A DNA stretch of 64,000 nt from an uncultured Clostridia bacterium (GTDB taxonomy: Bacteria; Bacillota; Clostridia; TANB77; CAG-508), in contig CAKOUO010000001.1 of NCBI GenBank assembly GCA_934120645.1, positions 67,273 to 131,272 on the forward strand, given 5' to 3'. This document shows positions 39,207 to 48,790 of this stretch, piece after piece. Both the position numbers and the translations under genes were made by a program. How positions within the stretch are numbered: the stretch's first letter is position 1; the number at the start of each line of letters is the position of its first letter. Under the pieces are notes generated by a model, which saw only the letters and a list, made by a program, of their open reading frames with translations, was not told where the DNA came from and searched no databases.

Positions 39207-39908
39207 TTAACAATTTTTTGTATCGTCATTAGAAGAATGTTCACAAATTTCAGGTGGTTCTTTAAAACTCAAATACCAACTAATACCATTTTGGTTTTCA
39301 TTAATATAATTTTGACGTTCTTCTAGCTCGGCAAATGTTTGAGGTGGAGGAACAATAACTGGCTGACCTGGAATCCAGTTAGCAGCAGTAGAGCCTTTAC
39401 TACAATCAGCCATTTGCAAAGCTTGAACAGTTCTTATAATTTCAGGAATGAATCTGCCAACATTCAAAGGATAAACAAATATGGTTCTAACAATACCTTT
39501 ATCATCAATTATAAATACATTTCTAACTGTTTGGGTAGTACTAACATCATTTGAAATCATACCATATTTTCTTGCAATTTGACCGCTTCTATCTGCAACA
39601 ATTGGGAAAGGTAATTGAATACCAGTTCTACAATAAATATCATACATCCAGGCTAAATGTGAGGGATTGCTATCAATACTTAATCCTAAAAGTTCGGTGT
39701 TAATTTGTTGAAAATATGTATAAGCTCGTGAAAATGCAATCATTTCAGTTGTGCATACGGGGGTAAAATCACCAGGGTGACTAAAAAATACAAGCCATTT
39801 ACCTTTATAATCATTTAAAGTCCTAGGTCCAAAAGTTGTTATAGCTTCAAAATCGGGTGCTTTTTGTCCTATTTTGACATTTCCGTTCATCATTAATTCA
39901 TAATCCAT
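39207..39908 (-). CDS. Peroxiredoxin (Prx6/1-Cys-like)
   Basis: FFSHPGDFTPVCTTE peroxidatic Cys motif. Start set to MDYELMMNG (AAAGGAG 10 nt upstream), because the longer listed N-terminus has no SD. Confidence 0.88.
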   Translation of the reverse strand: MDYELMMNGNVKIGQKAPDFEAITTFGPRTLNDYKGKWLVFFSHPGDFTPVCTTEMIAFSRAYTYFQQINTELLGLSIDSNPSHLAWMYDIYCRTGIQLPFPIVADRSGQIARKYGMISNDVSTTQTVRNVFIIDDKGIVRTIFVYPLNVGRFIPEIIRTVQALQMADCSKGSTAANWIPGQPVIVPPPQTFAELEERQNYINENQNGISWYLSFKEPPEICEHSSNDDTKNC

Positions 39909-40166
39909 AAAAAATAAACTCCTTTCACTTTTTAGATATAATATTAATGCTATACTAAAATGGTGTATTATTATTGAAAAAAGTATTATTAACAAAAAGC
40001 AGGTGTAGATTAGTAGATAACTACACTTGCTTTTATTATTTTACATTATATTTTATGATGCTTAAATATAAAAATAAAAAAATTAGTCATAAAACAAAAA
40101 CTACGTGAATATAATAAAATAGAGTCAAAATTCGGCTCAAAATTCAAAAGAAAGGAAGGTATATTA

Positions 40167-42023
40167 ATGAAAAAGTCAAAAGGACAAATTTCAAAAATAG
40201 TAAGTTCTCTAATATTACTTTGTATGATAATGACATCATTTACTAAAGTATTTGCAGGAGAAAACAAAAGTTATGATTATACATATTTAGGAGTGGTGGA
40301 ATATGGAAATGAAATAGGAGATTCCGCTACTGCTATAATGAAAATTAAAGACAAAAACAATAATACATATAAAACTTATTGCATAGATAATGATACAATA
40401 GCTAAAGAAAAATCAAAATATTCAGTGGTAAATCTTGAAGATGCAAATTACTATTCAGTAGAAAGTGCTAATAAAATAAGAAATATTGTAATGAATGCAT
40501 ATCCTTTTATAAGCCTAAATGAAGTTAGAATAATGACAGGAATTAAAAATTTGACAGAAAAAGAAGCAATTACAGGTACACAAGCAGCTATCTGGAATTA
40601 TTCTAATAATAAAAAGAATATAAAATTATCAGGAAATGTAAAAAAACTGTTTAACTGGTATACATCTTTACCAAGTAGAGTATATTCAAAAACTAATATA
40701 GCAAATATTGATATAAATAAAACAGTAAGTATAGTAAATGATAAATATGAGATTCAATTGTCTTATAAAGCTAATGGAAAAAATTCAGATGGAAGTAATT
40801 TAAAGTTATCATACAAATTTGACAAAGATATTAAAGCAATGTATGGAGCAACTATAAAGGAACTTGGGGTAGATAAAAATGGATATACAAATGTAAAAAT
40901 TAGTAATATTAGCAAAAAAGCAGTGTTTAATTTTTATGTAGAAGCTGACCAAACATTATCTAAAAATGCATATTTCTATATGCCAGAAGGTGGAATAACA
41001 AGTTCACAAAGCTTAGTTGGTGTAAAAGACAATAAGACAAAAATATCTAATAGTATTAATATAGATTTAAGTGCTTCTGGATATACTCTTACATTACATA
41101 AAATAGACACATTGAGCTTACAAGGAATTGGTGGGGCAGAATTTAAAGTTTCAAGTAATAGTAATTTTACTGAAAATGTAGTTACAGTAACAACAAAAGC
41201 TGATGGAACAGCTAATATACCAGGTTTAAATACTGGTAAATGGTATGTTAAAGAAACAAAAGCACCAGAAGGTTATATACCAAATTCAGATGTTTTAGAA
41301 ATATATATAAATGAAGCAGATATAAAACTAGATATAAAAAATAGTAAATATGGAAAAGCAGAAGTATTAAAAATAGATGAAAATAAAAATCCTGTAGAAG
41401 GCGCAAAATTTACATTATATAATGGAAAAACAATAACAGATGATAATATTATAAAAAAAGATTTAACATCTGATAGTAATGGAAAAATATTAATAGAAAA
41501 TTTAATGCCAGGAACATATACTTTAGTAGAAACATCAGCACCAGAAGGATATATAATGAATAATGAATTTATAAGTTTTGAAGTTAAAGAATATGAAACT
41601 ACAAAAATAACACATATAAATGAAACTTTAGGATATGGTATTATAAAAATAACAAAAAAAGATGCTGTAACTAAAGAACAATTATCTGGGGCTAAAATAG
41701 GTATTTATTCAGACAGTGAATTTAAAAATCTAATAAAAGAAATTGTAACAGATAGTAAAGATGCAATAGTAATTAATGATTTAAGACCAGGAACATATTA
41801 TGTTAAAGAAATAGAAGCACCACAAGAATATTTATTAGATTCAGCACCTAAGAAAGTAACTATAGAAAAAAATCAAGTAGCTGAAGTAGAACTTTGCAAT
41901 AGTAAAAATTATTCTACAGCAGGAAATTATTCAACTATTCTAATAGCAGGAAGTGTTTTGTTAGTAGCAGGTATGGCTTTGATAGTTATAAAAAGAATAG
42001 TTAATTTACAGGAGAAAAAATAA
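40167..42023 (+). CDS. Thioester (TQXA) domain surface adhesin with three Cna-B/SpaA-type domains and a C-terminal anchor
   Basis: Signal peptide. YKTYCIDNDT (thioester Cys) and TGTQAAIWNYS (TQXA Gln). Three copies of G(G)AxF...PGTY..KE..AP.GY. C-terminal hydrophobic helix plus KRIVNLQEKK. No LPXTG motif. Confidence 0.75.
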   Translation: MKKSKGQISKIVSSLILLCMIMTSFTKVFAGENKSYDYTYLGVVEYGNEIGDSATAIMKIKDKNNNTYKTYCIDNDTIAKEKSKYSVVNLEDANYYSVESANKIRNIVMNAYPFISLNEVRIMTGIKNLTEKEAITGTQAAIWNYSNNKKNIKLSGNVKKLFNWYTSLPSRVYSKTNIANIDINKTVSIVNDKYEIQLSYKANGKNSDGSNLKLSYKFDKDIKAMYGATIKELGVDKNGYTNVKISNISKKAVFNFYVEADQTLSKNAYFYMPEGGITSSQSLVGVKDNKTKISNSINIDLSASGYTLTLHKIDTLSLQGIGGAEFKVSSNSNFTENVVTVTTKADGTANIPGLNTGKWYVKETKAPEGYIPNSDVLEIYINEADIKLDIKNSKYGKAEVLKIDENKNPVEGAKFTLYNGKTITDDNIIKKDLTSDSNGKILIENLMPGTYTLVETSAPEGYIMNNEFISFEVKEYETTKITHINETLGYGIIKITKKDAVTKEQLSGAKIGIYSDSEFKNLIKEIVTDSKDAIVINDLRPGTYYVKEIEAPQEYLLDSAPKKVTIEKNQVAEVELCNSKNYSTAGNYSTILIAGSVLLVAGMALIVIKRIVNLQEKK

Positions 42024-42028
42024 ATTAG

Positions 42029-42643
42029 ATGTTTAAAAGAAAAATATTTAATGTATTGATATGTTTTATAATAATTATAGCTATTATTTTGATAATAATA
42101 GGATTAGTAAAAATTATAAATGTAAATAAAGATTTAAAGAGCGGAATAAAAGAAGCTGAGGAAGTATTTAGTAGTTCAGATTCAAATGATGAAAATGTGG
42201 ATTTAGAAACAAAAATTGAAAATGAACAAAAACTAGATACAAGTAAAGCAATTGGAATAATAACATTTAAATTACAAAAAGAATATAAAACAGCAATATA
42301 TGAAAATATAACAGAGGACATATTAAGAAAAGGAGCTGGTAGAGCAACTGGAACAGGTAAATTAAATGAAAAGGGAAACTGTGTTTTATATGGACATAGA
42401 GATTCGGCATTTAGAGCTTTGTGGGATATAAAGGTTGGCGATTTGGCAGAAGTTAAAACTAAAGCAACTGTTAAACAATATAAAGTTTATAATATTTACA
42501 TCACAGATAAAAACGACAAAAATATATGCAATCAAAATTTAAATGAAAAATATTGCAAACTTACTTTAGTTACTTGCTATCCATTTGTTTATTCAGGACC
42601 AGCAAACCAAAGATGCGTGGTTGAAATGAGAGAATTAGAATAA
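42029..42643 (+). CDS. Sortase-family transpeptidase
   Basis: N-terminal TM, LYGHRD (His), TLVTCYP (catalytic Cys) and NQRCVV (Arg). Confidence 0.8.
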   Translation: MFKRKIFNVLICFIIIIAIILIIIGLVKIINVNKDLKSGIKEAEEVFSSSDSNDENVDLETKIENEQKLDTSKAIGIITFKLQKEYKTAIYENITEDILRKGAGRATGTGKLNEKGNCVLYGHRDSAFRALWDIKVGDLAEVKTKATVKQYKVYNIYITDKNDKNICNQNLNEKYCKLTLVTCYPFVYSGPANQRCVVEMRELE

Positions 42644-42765
42644 AAACTAATTCTCTTATTTTTGATATTAGAGATAATTTTGTATAATATAAAAAGGTTT
42701 TTGTAAAAAAATGAAAAAAATGTAGTAATTTGTATTATAATGTACGAACAAAGAAGGAGGAAAAA

Positions 42766-43314
42766 ATGAAAAATTTAGAAACCAAAAGATATTTATTAAG
42801 AAAACCAAAGACAGAAGATGCAGAAGAAATATATGAAAGATGGGGAACAGATAAGGAAAAAATGGCTGAATATAAAGCACATAATGTATATAAGAATTTG
42901 ATAGAAATAAAAGCATTAATTACAGCAGCTATTAAAGAAACAGAGTATGGAACACCATTTTGGATTATAGAAGAAAAGAAAAGCAATAAAATAGTAGGAT
43001 ATGTAAAATTACCTATATCATCTGAAAAAAATAAAAAATGTGAAGTTTCATTCTATTTTTTAGAGGGATGGAGAGATGATGGAACTCCAGAAGAAGTATT
43101 AGGAAGAATAATTAATTATATTTTTTCAGAAGGAGAGTTTGAAACAATTGTTATGAAATTCTATGGTAGAAATAAAAAAGATATTGAAATTCTAGACAGA
43201 GTTTTAACAACGATAGGAATGAAGAGAGAAGGAATCTTAAGAAATAGATTAATAAATAGTGAAGGCAAAAAAATAGACAAATATATATATTCAATTTTAA
43301 AAGAAGAATATTAA
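42766..43314 (+). CDS. GNAT N-acetyltransferase (RimJ/RimL-like)
   Basis: LETKRYLLRKP and WIIEEKKSNKIVGYVKL. The ATG at 42766 follows AAGGAGG. Confidence 0.7.
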   Translation: MKNLETKRYLLRKPKTEDAEEIYERWGTDKEKMAEYKAHNVYKNLIEIKALITAAIKETEYGTPFWIIEEKKSNKIVGYVKLPISSEKNKKCEVSFYFLEGWRDDGTPEEVLGRIINYIFSEGEFETIVMKFYGRNKKDIEILDRVLTTIGMKREGILRNRLINSEGKKIDKYIYSILKEEY

Positions 43315-43423
43315 AACTATTGACATATTAATTATTTAGAAATAAAATAACATTGTTAAAAAAGTTAATAAAATTTGATATTTTGTTAACAATTATAATA
43401 AATAGTGTTAGGAGGAATTAATA

Positions 43424-44356
43424 ATGGCTTTAGTAACAACAAAAGAAATGTTTGAAAAATCAATGAAAGAAGGATATGCAATAGGAGCATTCAATGTAAA
43501 TAATATGGAAATAATACAAGGAATAGTAGATGCAGCAGCAGAAGCAAATGCACCAGTAATATTACAAGTATCATCAAGTGCAATAAAATATGCAAGAATA
43601 AATTATTTAATGAAAATGGTACAAGCAGCAGTAGAAGAACATCCAAATATTCCAGTAGCAATACATTTAGACCATGGACCAGATTTTGAAACAGCAAAAA
43701 TGTGTATAGATAACGGATTTACATCAGTTATGATAGATGGTTCAAAATATGATTTTGAAGAGAATGTAGCATTAACAAAAAAAGTTGTAGATTATGCACA
43801 TGCACATGGAGTTACAGTAGAAGCAGAACTTGGAAAATTAGCAGGAATCGAAGATGATGTAAATGTTGCTGCAAATGATGCAATGTATACAGATCCAGCT
43901 CAAGCAGAAGAATTTGTAAAAAGAACAGGTTGTGATTCATTAGCAATTGCAATTGGTACAAGCCATGGAGCATACAAATTTAAAGGTGAAGCAAAATTAA
44001 GATTTGATATTTTAAAAGAAGTTAAAGAAAGAATACCAAATACACCAATCGTTTTACACGGAGCTTCAACAGTAATACCAGAACTAGTAAATATGTGTAA
44101 TGAATTTGGTGGAGATATACCAGGAGCAAAAGGAGTTCCAGATGAAATATTACATGAAGCAAGTATATCAGGAGTTTCAAAAATAAATGTTGATACAGAT
44201 TTAAGACTTGCAATGACAGCAGGAATTAGAAAAACTTTTGTTGAGAATCCAAGCGTATTTGATCCTAGAAAATACTTAGGAGAAGCAAGAGAATTAATTA
44301 AAGAAACAGTAAAACATAAAATTGTAGATGTTTTTGGTTCAGCAAATAAAGCATAA
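43424..44356 (+). CDS. fba: Class II fructose-1,6-bisphosphate aldolase
   Basis: GYAIGAFNVNNME, ILQVSS, HLDHG, ELG...GIED, GTSHGAYKF and VLHGAS. Confidence 0.95.
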   Translation: MALVTTKEMFEKSMKEGYAIGAFNVNNMEIIQGIVDAAAEANAPVILQVSSSAIKYARINYLMKMVQAAVEEHPNIPVAIHLDHGPDFETAKMCIDNGFTSVMIDGSKYDFEENVALTKKVVDYAHAHGVTVEAELGKLAGIEDDVNVAANDAMYTDPAQAEEFVKRTGCDSLAIAIGTSHGAYKFKGEAKLRFDILKEVKERIPNTPIVLHGASTVIPELVNMCNEFGGDIPGAKGVPDEILHEASISGVSKINVDTDLRLAMTAGIRKTFVENPSVFDPRKYLGEARELIKETVKHKIVDVFGSANKA

Positions 44357-44436
44357 TGTCCTTTTGGGGACAGGTACATTTGGGACATTTTTGTAAAAAT
44401 GTCCCAAATAAAAACGTCCCTAATGGGACATTTTTT
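44356..44436. repeat. Cluster of GTCC(C)/GGGAC palindromic units (element copy 3, composite)
   Basis: atgtccttttggggac (44356-44371) equals the left half of copies 1 and 2. 15-bp arms atttgggacattttt / aaaaatgtcccaaat (44378-44409). gtccc-taat-gggac plus T6 (44416-44436). Confidence 0.85.
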
Positions 44437-44872
44437 GTTGTCTTATTCTTCTTTCGGCATCTTTTTTGGCAATATCTTCACGTTTATCGTAAAGTTTTTT
44501 TCCTTTTCCAATACCTAATTCGATTTTTATTATATTTCCTTTAAAATACATGTTAAGTGGTACTAAACTGTAGCCTTTTTGTTTGGTTAATCCAATTAAT
44601 TTATTAATTTCACGTCTATTTAATAATAATTTTCTGTCACGTAATGGGTCTTTGTTAAATATATTTCCTTGTTCATAAGGACTAATATGCATTCCGACTA
44701 TGTATACTTCGCCATTTTTTATTATGGCATAACTGTCTTTTAAATTAGCTTTACCATTTCTAATTGATTTAATTTCTGTTCCATAAAGGACAATACCCGC
44801 TTCTAATTTGTCATCAATTGTGTAATTATGAAGAGCAGTGGGATTTTTCGCGATTAATCTATTGTTAGACAT
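44420..44872 (-). CDS. smpB: SsrA-binding protein
   Basis: [29 protein letters not shown] and KLLLNRREI. Confidence 0.95.
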   Translation of the reverse strand: MSNNRLIAKNPTALHNYTIDDKLEAGIVLYGTEIKSIRNGKANLKDSYAIIKNGEVYIVGMHISPYEQGNIFNKDPLRDRKLLLNRREINKLIGLTKQKGYSLVPLNMYFKGNIIKIELGIGKGKKLYDKREDIAKKDAERRIRQQKMSH

Positions 44873-44937
44873 TTATATACCTCGATTCTATATGTTTTCT
44901 TAAAGTATAACACGAAAAATCCAAAACTGCAATAAAA

Positions 44938-45336
44938 CTAATCTAATCTATCATTATTATCATGATGGTTATTACGAGTATTTGTAAATTGCATTGAATA
45001 ATACCAAACAACAGCAATTATAGCAATGGCTGCTATACCGATAATAAGCCAAGTCCAAGTATTAGAACCCATACCCATAAAATTTGATCCATTAGTTGCA
45101 ACTCTACTAGTATTATATTTATGATTACTGTTCATTCCGTTTTCCATAGAACCAGTAGCACCTTTAGAGGTATTTGAAACATCTTTTGCAGCATTTTCTA
45201 CTGTGTTTTCAACACCACCAACTACATTTCTTACATCGTTTGCGGCATTACCTAAACCTCCATTTGCAAAACAAACAGAAAAAGAAAAAATTAAACTAAA
45301 AAGTAATCCGATAGAAAGCAAAATTTTTTTGTTCAT
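44938..45336 (-). CDS. Hypothetical secreted protein with C-terminal TM
   Basis: Signal peptide, G/N/S-rich middle region, and TM segment WLIIGIAAIAIIAVVWYY. Confidence 0.55.
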   Translation of the reverse strand: MNKKILLSIGLLFSLIFSFSVCFANGGLGNAANDVRNVVGGVENTVENAAKDVSNTSKGATGSMENGMNSNHKYNTSRVATNGSNFMGMGSNTWTWLIIGIAAIAIIAVVWYYSMQFTNTRNNHHDNNDRLD

Positions 45337-45478
45337 TTTAAGTATCCTCCTTTAAAAATAAAAAACATATTAACAGATTTAAAATGTAAATAAATCTATT
45401 AATATTATTTTTAAAATTGGACAAAATATACATACAAAAAAATACAAAAAAAGCAGATCTTAAAATCTGCTTTAAAAA

Positions 45479-45856
45479 CTAATTTTTCAATTTTATTAAA
45501 ATAGCTATTGCTAGTAAAATTAAAAGAATACCAACTACAATTAAAATAATACTTAAAATATTAGATAAACCTAAATTTGATTCTGGTAAAGTACTAACAA
45601 CTCTAGCTGAAGAAGTACTTGTTGTATCAGATGTTTCATCAACAGAATTAGAAGAATTATACATATCTTCATCATCATCAATGGCATTATTTGTAGAAGT
45701 ATTATTAATTGAATTAGAAGTATTAGTATTAGAAGTATTTGATGATGTATTTTCAGATAAATTTAAATCTACTGCAGATACTTTATTAAAACTTATAATA
45801 GCAATTAATGTAAAAAGTGTTATTAGAATAAAAACTATTTTTCCTATCTTTGACAT
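45479..45856 (-). CDS. Hypothetical S/T/N-rich surface protein with a sorting-signal-like C-terminus
   Basis: Signal peptide, low-complexity S/T/N region, then LPESN, a hydrophobic helix and KLKN. Confidence 0.55.
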   Translation of the reverse strand: MSKIGKIVFILITLFTLIAIISFNKVSAVDLNLSENTSSNTSNTNTSNSINNTSTNNAIDDDEDMYNSSNSVDETSDTTSTSSARVVSTLPESNLGLSNILSIILIVVGILLILLAIAILIKLKN

Positions 45857-46037
45857 AATTTACCTCCTAAAATTTCTTCATTTGATTTACGACATTATAA
45901 TAATAGCACAAAGAAAAAAAGTTGTCTAGTAAATAAAAGATTATTTTAGAAAAAAAGAAAATTAAATAAATTATATTGACAATAAAATAGTATTAGTGGT
46001 ATAAAATAAATGATTATATAAACGAAAGAGGAGAACA

Positions 46038-48761
46038 ATGAAAAATAAAAATTATGGTATAACTTTAATTGCATTAGTTATAACGATGATTATTTTACTA
46101 ATATTAGCAGGTGTATCAATAAGTGCTTTAACAGGGAAAAATAACTTATTTGAAAATGCAAAAAAAGCAAGTATAGAAAATAATAGAAGTAATATAAGAG
46201 AATTTTTAGATTTAAAATTATTAGAAGAAAAAACAGATAAATATGAAATAGAAGATAAAAGAATTATTATAGAAGCAACAAGAGAAAATGTTATAAAAAA
46301 CCAAAATGATTTGAAAAAATTTGGGAAAATAATAGAAGTAAGAGAGGTTCTTGAAGAAGAACAGACAGATAATATAAAAAAATACTTTTTCTATGTAATT
46401 GTTGATGGTGAATTTTATGAAGTCAGTATAGATGGAACAAAATATGTAGGAAAAAAATCTTATAATGATGTAACATTAGAAGAAGGAGATATAAAATACA
46501 CATATACTCCAACTACTGATACTAATAAAAATGTAAAAGTAAAAATTGAAACAAATAAAAATATAGAAGGGTATAAATTATTATATAAAACAGATTATCA
46601 AAATGATTGGAGATACTATAAAGAAGAATTAGAAATAGATAAAAATCAAAATATTTATTCTAAATTAGAAGGAATATCTGGACAAACAACTATTGCAACA
46701 GGAACTGTAGCAAATATAGATAAATTAGAACCAAATGATTTTACTCCAGAAATAACAAGCACAACAAATACAATAACAGTAACAGCAAGTACAACAGACA
46801 AAGAAAAAACAAATGACTATAAATGCAGTGGAATAGAAGGATATAGATTTAGTAAAGACAATGGAACATCATGGACAGATTATCAAGAAAGTGGAACATA
46901 TAAATTTGAAAATTTAACTCAAAGTACAACATATAGTATAAAAGTTGAAGCAAAAGATAAAGCTGGAAATACTAAGCAAAGTACTACTATAACAAAAGAT
47001 ACTGGTACAGTACCAGGAATTCAAACCGGAAGTGTTGTATTCACATATGATCCAACAACAGATACTTCAGGAAATGTAAAAATAAAAATAAGTGGAAACA
47101 ATACAGGGTATATATTACAATATAAAACATCAAAAACGGGAAGTAGTGGAGAAACAAAAGATTGGACAAATTATTCTAACGAGATAACTTTAACAAGAAA
47201 TCAAGATATATATGCAAGAGTAGTAGATAGTACAGGACAATCTGCTTCAACATATGCAACAGGTAGCATAGCTAACATAGATAAAATAAAACCAAATGAT
47301 TTTACACCAACTGCAACAAATACAACAAAAAGTATAACAGCAACAGCAAGTACAACAGATAAAGAAAAAACAGATGACTATAAATGTAGTGGAATATATG
47401 GATATAGGTTTAGCAAAGATAATGGAAGTACATGGACTTCATACCAAACAAGTGGAACATATACTTTTAATGGATTAACACAAAATACGACATATAATAT
47501 AAAGGTTGAAGCAAAGGACAAAGCTGGAAATACAACACAAGGAAGTATAAATAAAGCGACAGGAAAAGTTCCTTCAAGTATATCAATTGGTTATAGTACA
47601 CAAAGTTGGACTAATGGTAATGTTGTTGTTACAGCAAGTTCGAATGTTTCAGGATATACTTTACAATATAATAATGGAAATGGTTGGGCAACATATCCAA
47701 GTTCTGGAATAACAAGAACTTCGAATGGTAATGTATATTTTAGATTGTGGGATGGAGTTAATGCAGGAGATACTGCTACAGCAACAGTAGGAAATATTGA
47801 TAAATCAACACCATCTAATCCAGGATTATCTGTAACTAGTGGTACAGGCGGAAACAATGGATATTATAGAAGCAATGTTAATGTAAAAATAACAGCAGGC
47901 TCAGACAGTATTAGCGGGGTATATAAAACAACATATACATTAAGTGGTGCTATGAGTAAAGGAGAAACTACAATATCTAGTGGAGGACAAATAACAATAA
48001 CTTCAGATGGAAATACAACAATTACTGCATATTCATATGATAGAGCAAATAATAGGTCAAGTGCACAAATAACAATAAAGAAAGATTCAACACCACCGTC
48101 ATTAACAGCAACAAGCTTTTCACAAGATGCAACATCAGCATCTGTTTCATTACAAGCAAGTGATAATATTGGAATTCAATATATCCAAACAAGTGGAAAT
48201 AATAACAACACAGTAAATGCAACTACTTATACAATGAAAGTTTCAAATGATGGAACAACAACAATAAAAGCAGTAGATTTAGCAGGAAATACAACAACAA
48301 AAACTCATAATATCAAATTCTTATTTAAACAAAATGACCAGAGAACAGGAGTAACAGGTGGATGGAGCCAAAATTATTTTAGAGGTCTTTATGGTGATAT
48401 TCAAAATTTAACATATTGGATAAGAAATGGATTATTAGGTATAACTGCAACATCAGCATCAGTTGCACAAGGAAGACTTGGAACTTGGTATACGAATAAT
48501 GCAATTAATTTATCTGGATATGATACATTAAGATCTCTTTCTTGGAATTCAACTTCTTCTTCTGGGGCTTCAATAGAAATGAGATTACAAGGAAATACGG
48601 TGGCAAGCAAGGGAAATATTCCAGCATCCCATTGGGTAGACCTTCAATATAATATTTCTGGAATAAATGATTCCAGACAAGTTATGGTTGGAACAAATGG
48701 AGGTCAATATGATAATATAGATATGTATATTACAATTATTTATATGTATTCATTTAAATAA
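46038..48761 (+). CDS. Large surface protein with a pilin-like N-terminus and FN3-type repeats
   Basis: N-terminus MKNKNYG|ITLIALVITMIILLILAGV (prepilin-like, but Ala at +5). Two 187-aa tandem units each ending in an FN3-like module (YRFSKDNG..W..YQ.SGTY.F..LTQ.TTY.IKVEAKDKAGN). Confidence 0.7.
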   Translation: MKNKNYGITLIALVITMIILLILAGVSISALTGKNNLFENAKKASIENNRSNIREFLDLKLLEEKTDKYEIEDKRIIIEATRENVIKNQNDLKKFGKIIEVREVLEEEQTDNIKKYFFYVIVDGEFYEVSIDGTKYVGKKSYNDVTLEEGDIKYTYTPTTDTNKNVKVKIETNKNIEGYKLLYKTDYQNDWRYYKEELEIDKNQNIYSKLEGISGQTTIATGTVANIDKLEPNDFTPEITSTTNTITVTASTTDKEKTNDYKCSGIEGYRFSKDNGTSWTDYQESGTYKFENLTQSTTYSIKVEAKDKAGNTKQSTTITKDTGTVPGIQTGSVVFTYDPTTDTSGNVKIKISGNNTGYILQYKTSKTGSSGETKDWTNYSNEITLTRNQDIYARVVDSTGQSASTYATGSIANIDKIKPNDFTPTATNTTKSITATASTTDKEKTDDYKCSGIYGYRFSKDNGSTWTSYQTSGTYTFNGLTQNTTYNIKVEAKDKAGNTTQGSINKATGKVPSSISIGYSTQSWTNGNVVVTASSNVSGYTLQYNNGNGWATYPSSGITRTSNGNVYFRLWDGVNAGDTATATVGNIDKSTPSNPGLSVTSGTGGNNGYYRSNVNVKITAGSDSISGVYKTTYTLSGAMSKGETTISSGGQITITSDGNTTITAYSYDRANNRSSAQITIKKDSTPPSLTATSFSQDATSASVSLQASDNIGIQYIQTSGNNNNTVNATTYTMKVSNDGTTTIKAVDLAGNTTTKTHNIKFLFKQNDQRTGVTGGWSQNYFRGLYGDIQNLTYWIRNGLLGITATSASVAQGRLGTWYTNNAINLSGYDTLRSLSWNSTSSSGASIEMRLQGNTVASKGNIPASHWVDLQYNISGINDSRQVMVGTNGGQYDNIDMYITIIYMYSFK
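46474..47575 (+). repeat. Intragenic tandem duplication, period 561 nt (two copies)
   Basis: ccaaatgatttta... at 46731 and 47292. Long near-identical stretches (acagcaagtacaacaga.aaagaaaaaaca.atgactataaatg.agtggaata). Confidence 0.85.
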
Positions 48762-48790
48762 TTATTAATAATAAAAGTGGAGGTATAATT

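Noticed and set aside
44356-44544. 62-aa + strand ORF starting at the fba stop.
   Set aside because: It is created by the palindromic repeat cluster and then runs antisense to smpB. It has no SD.
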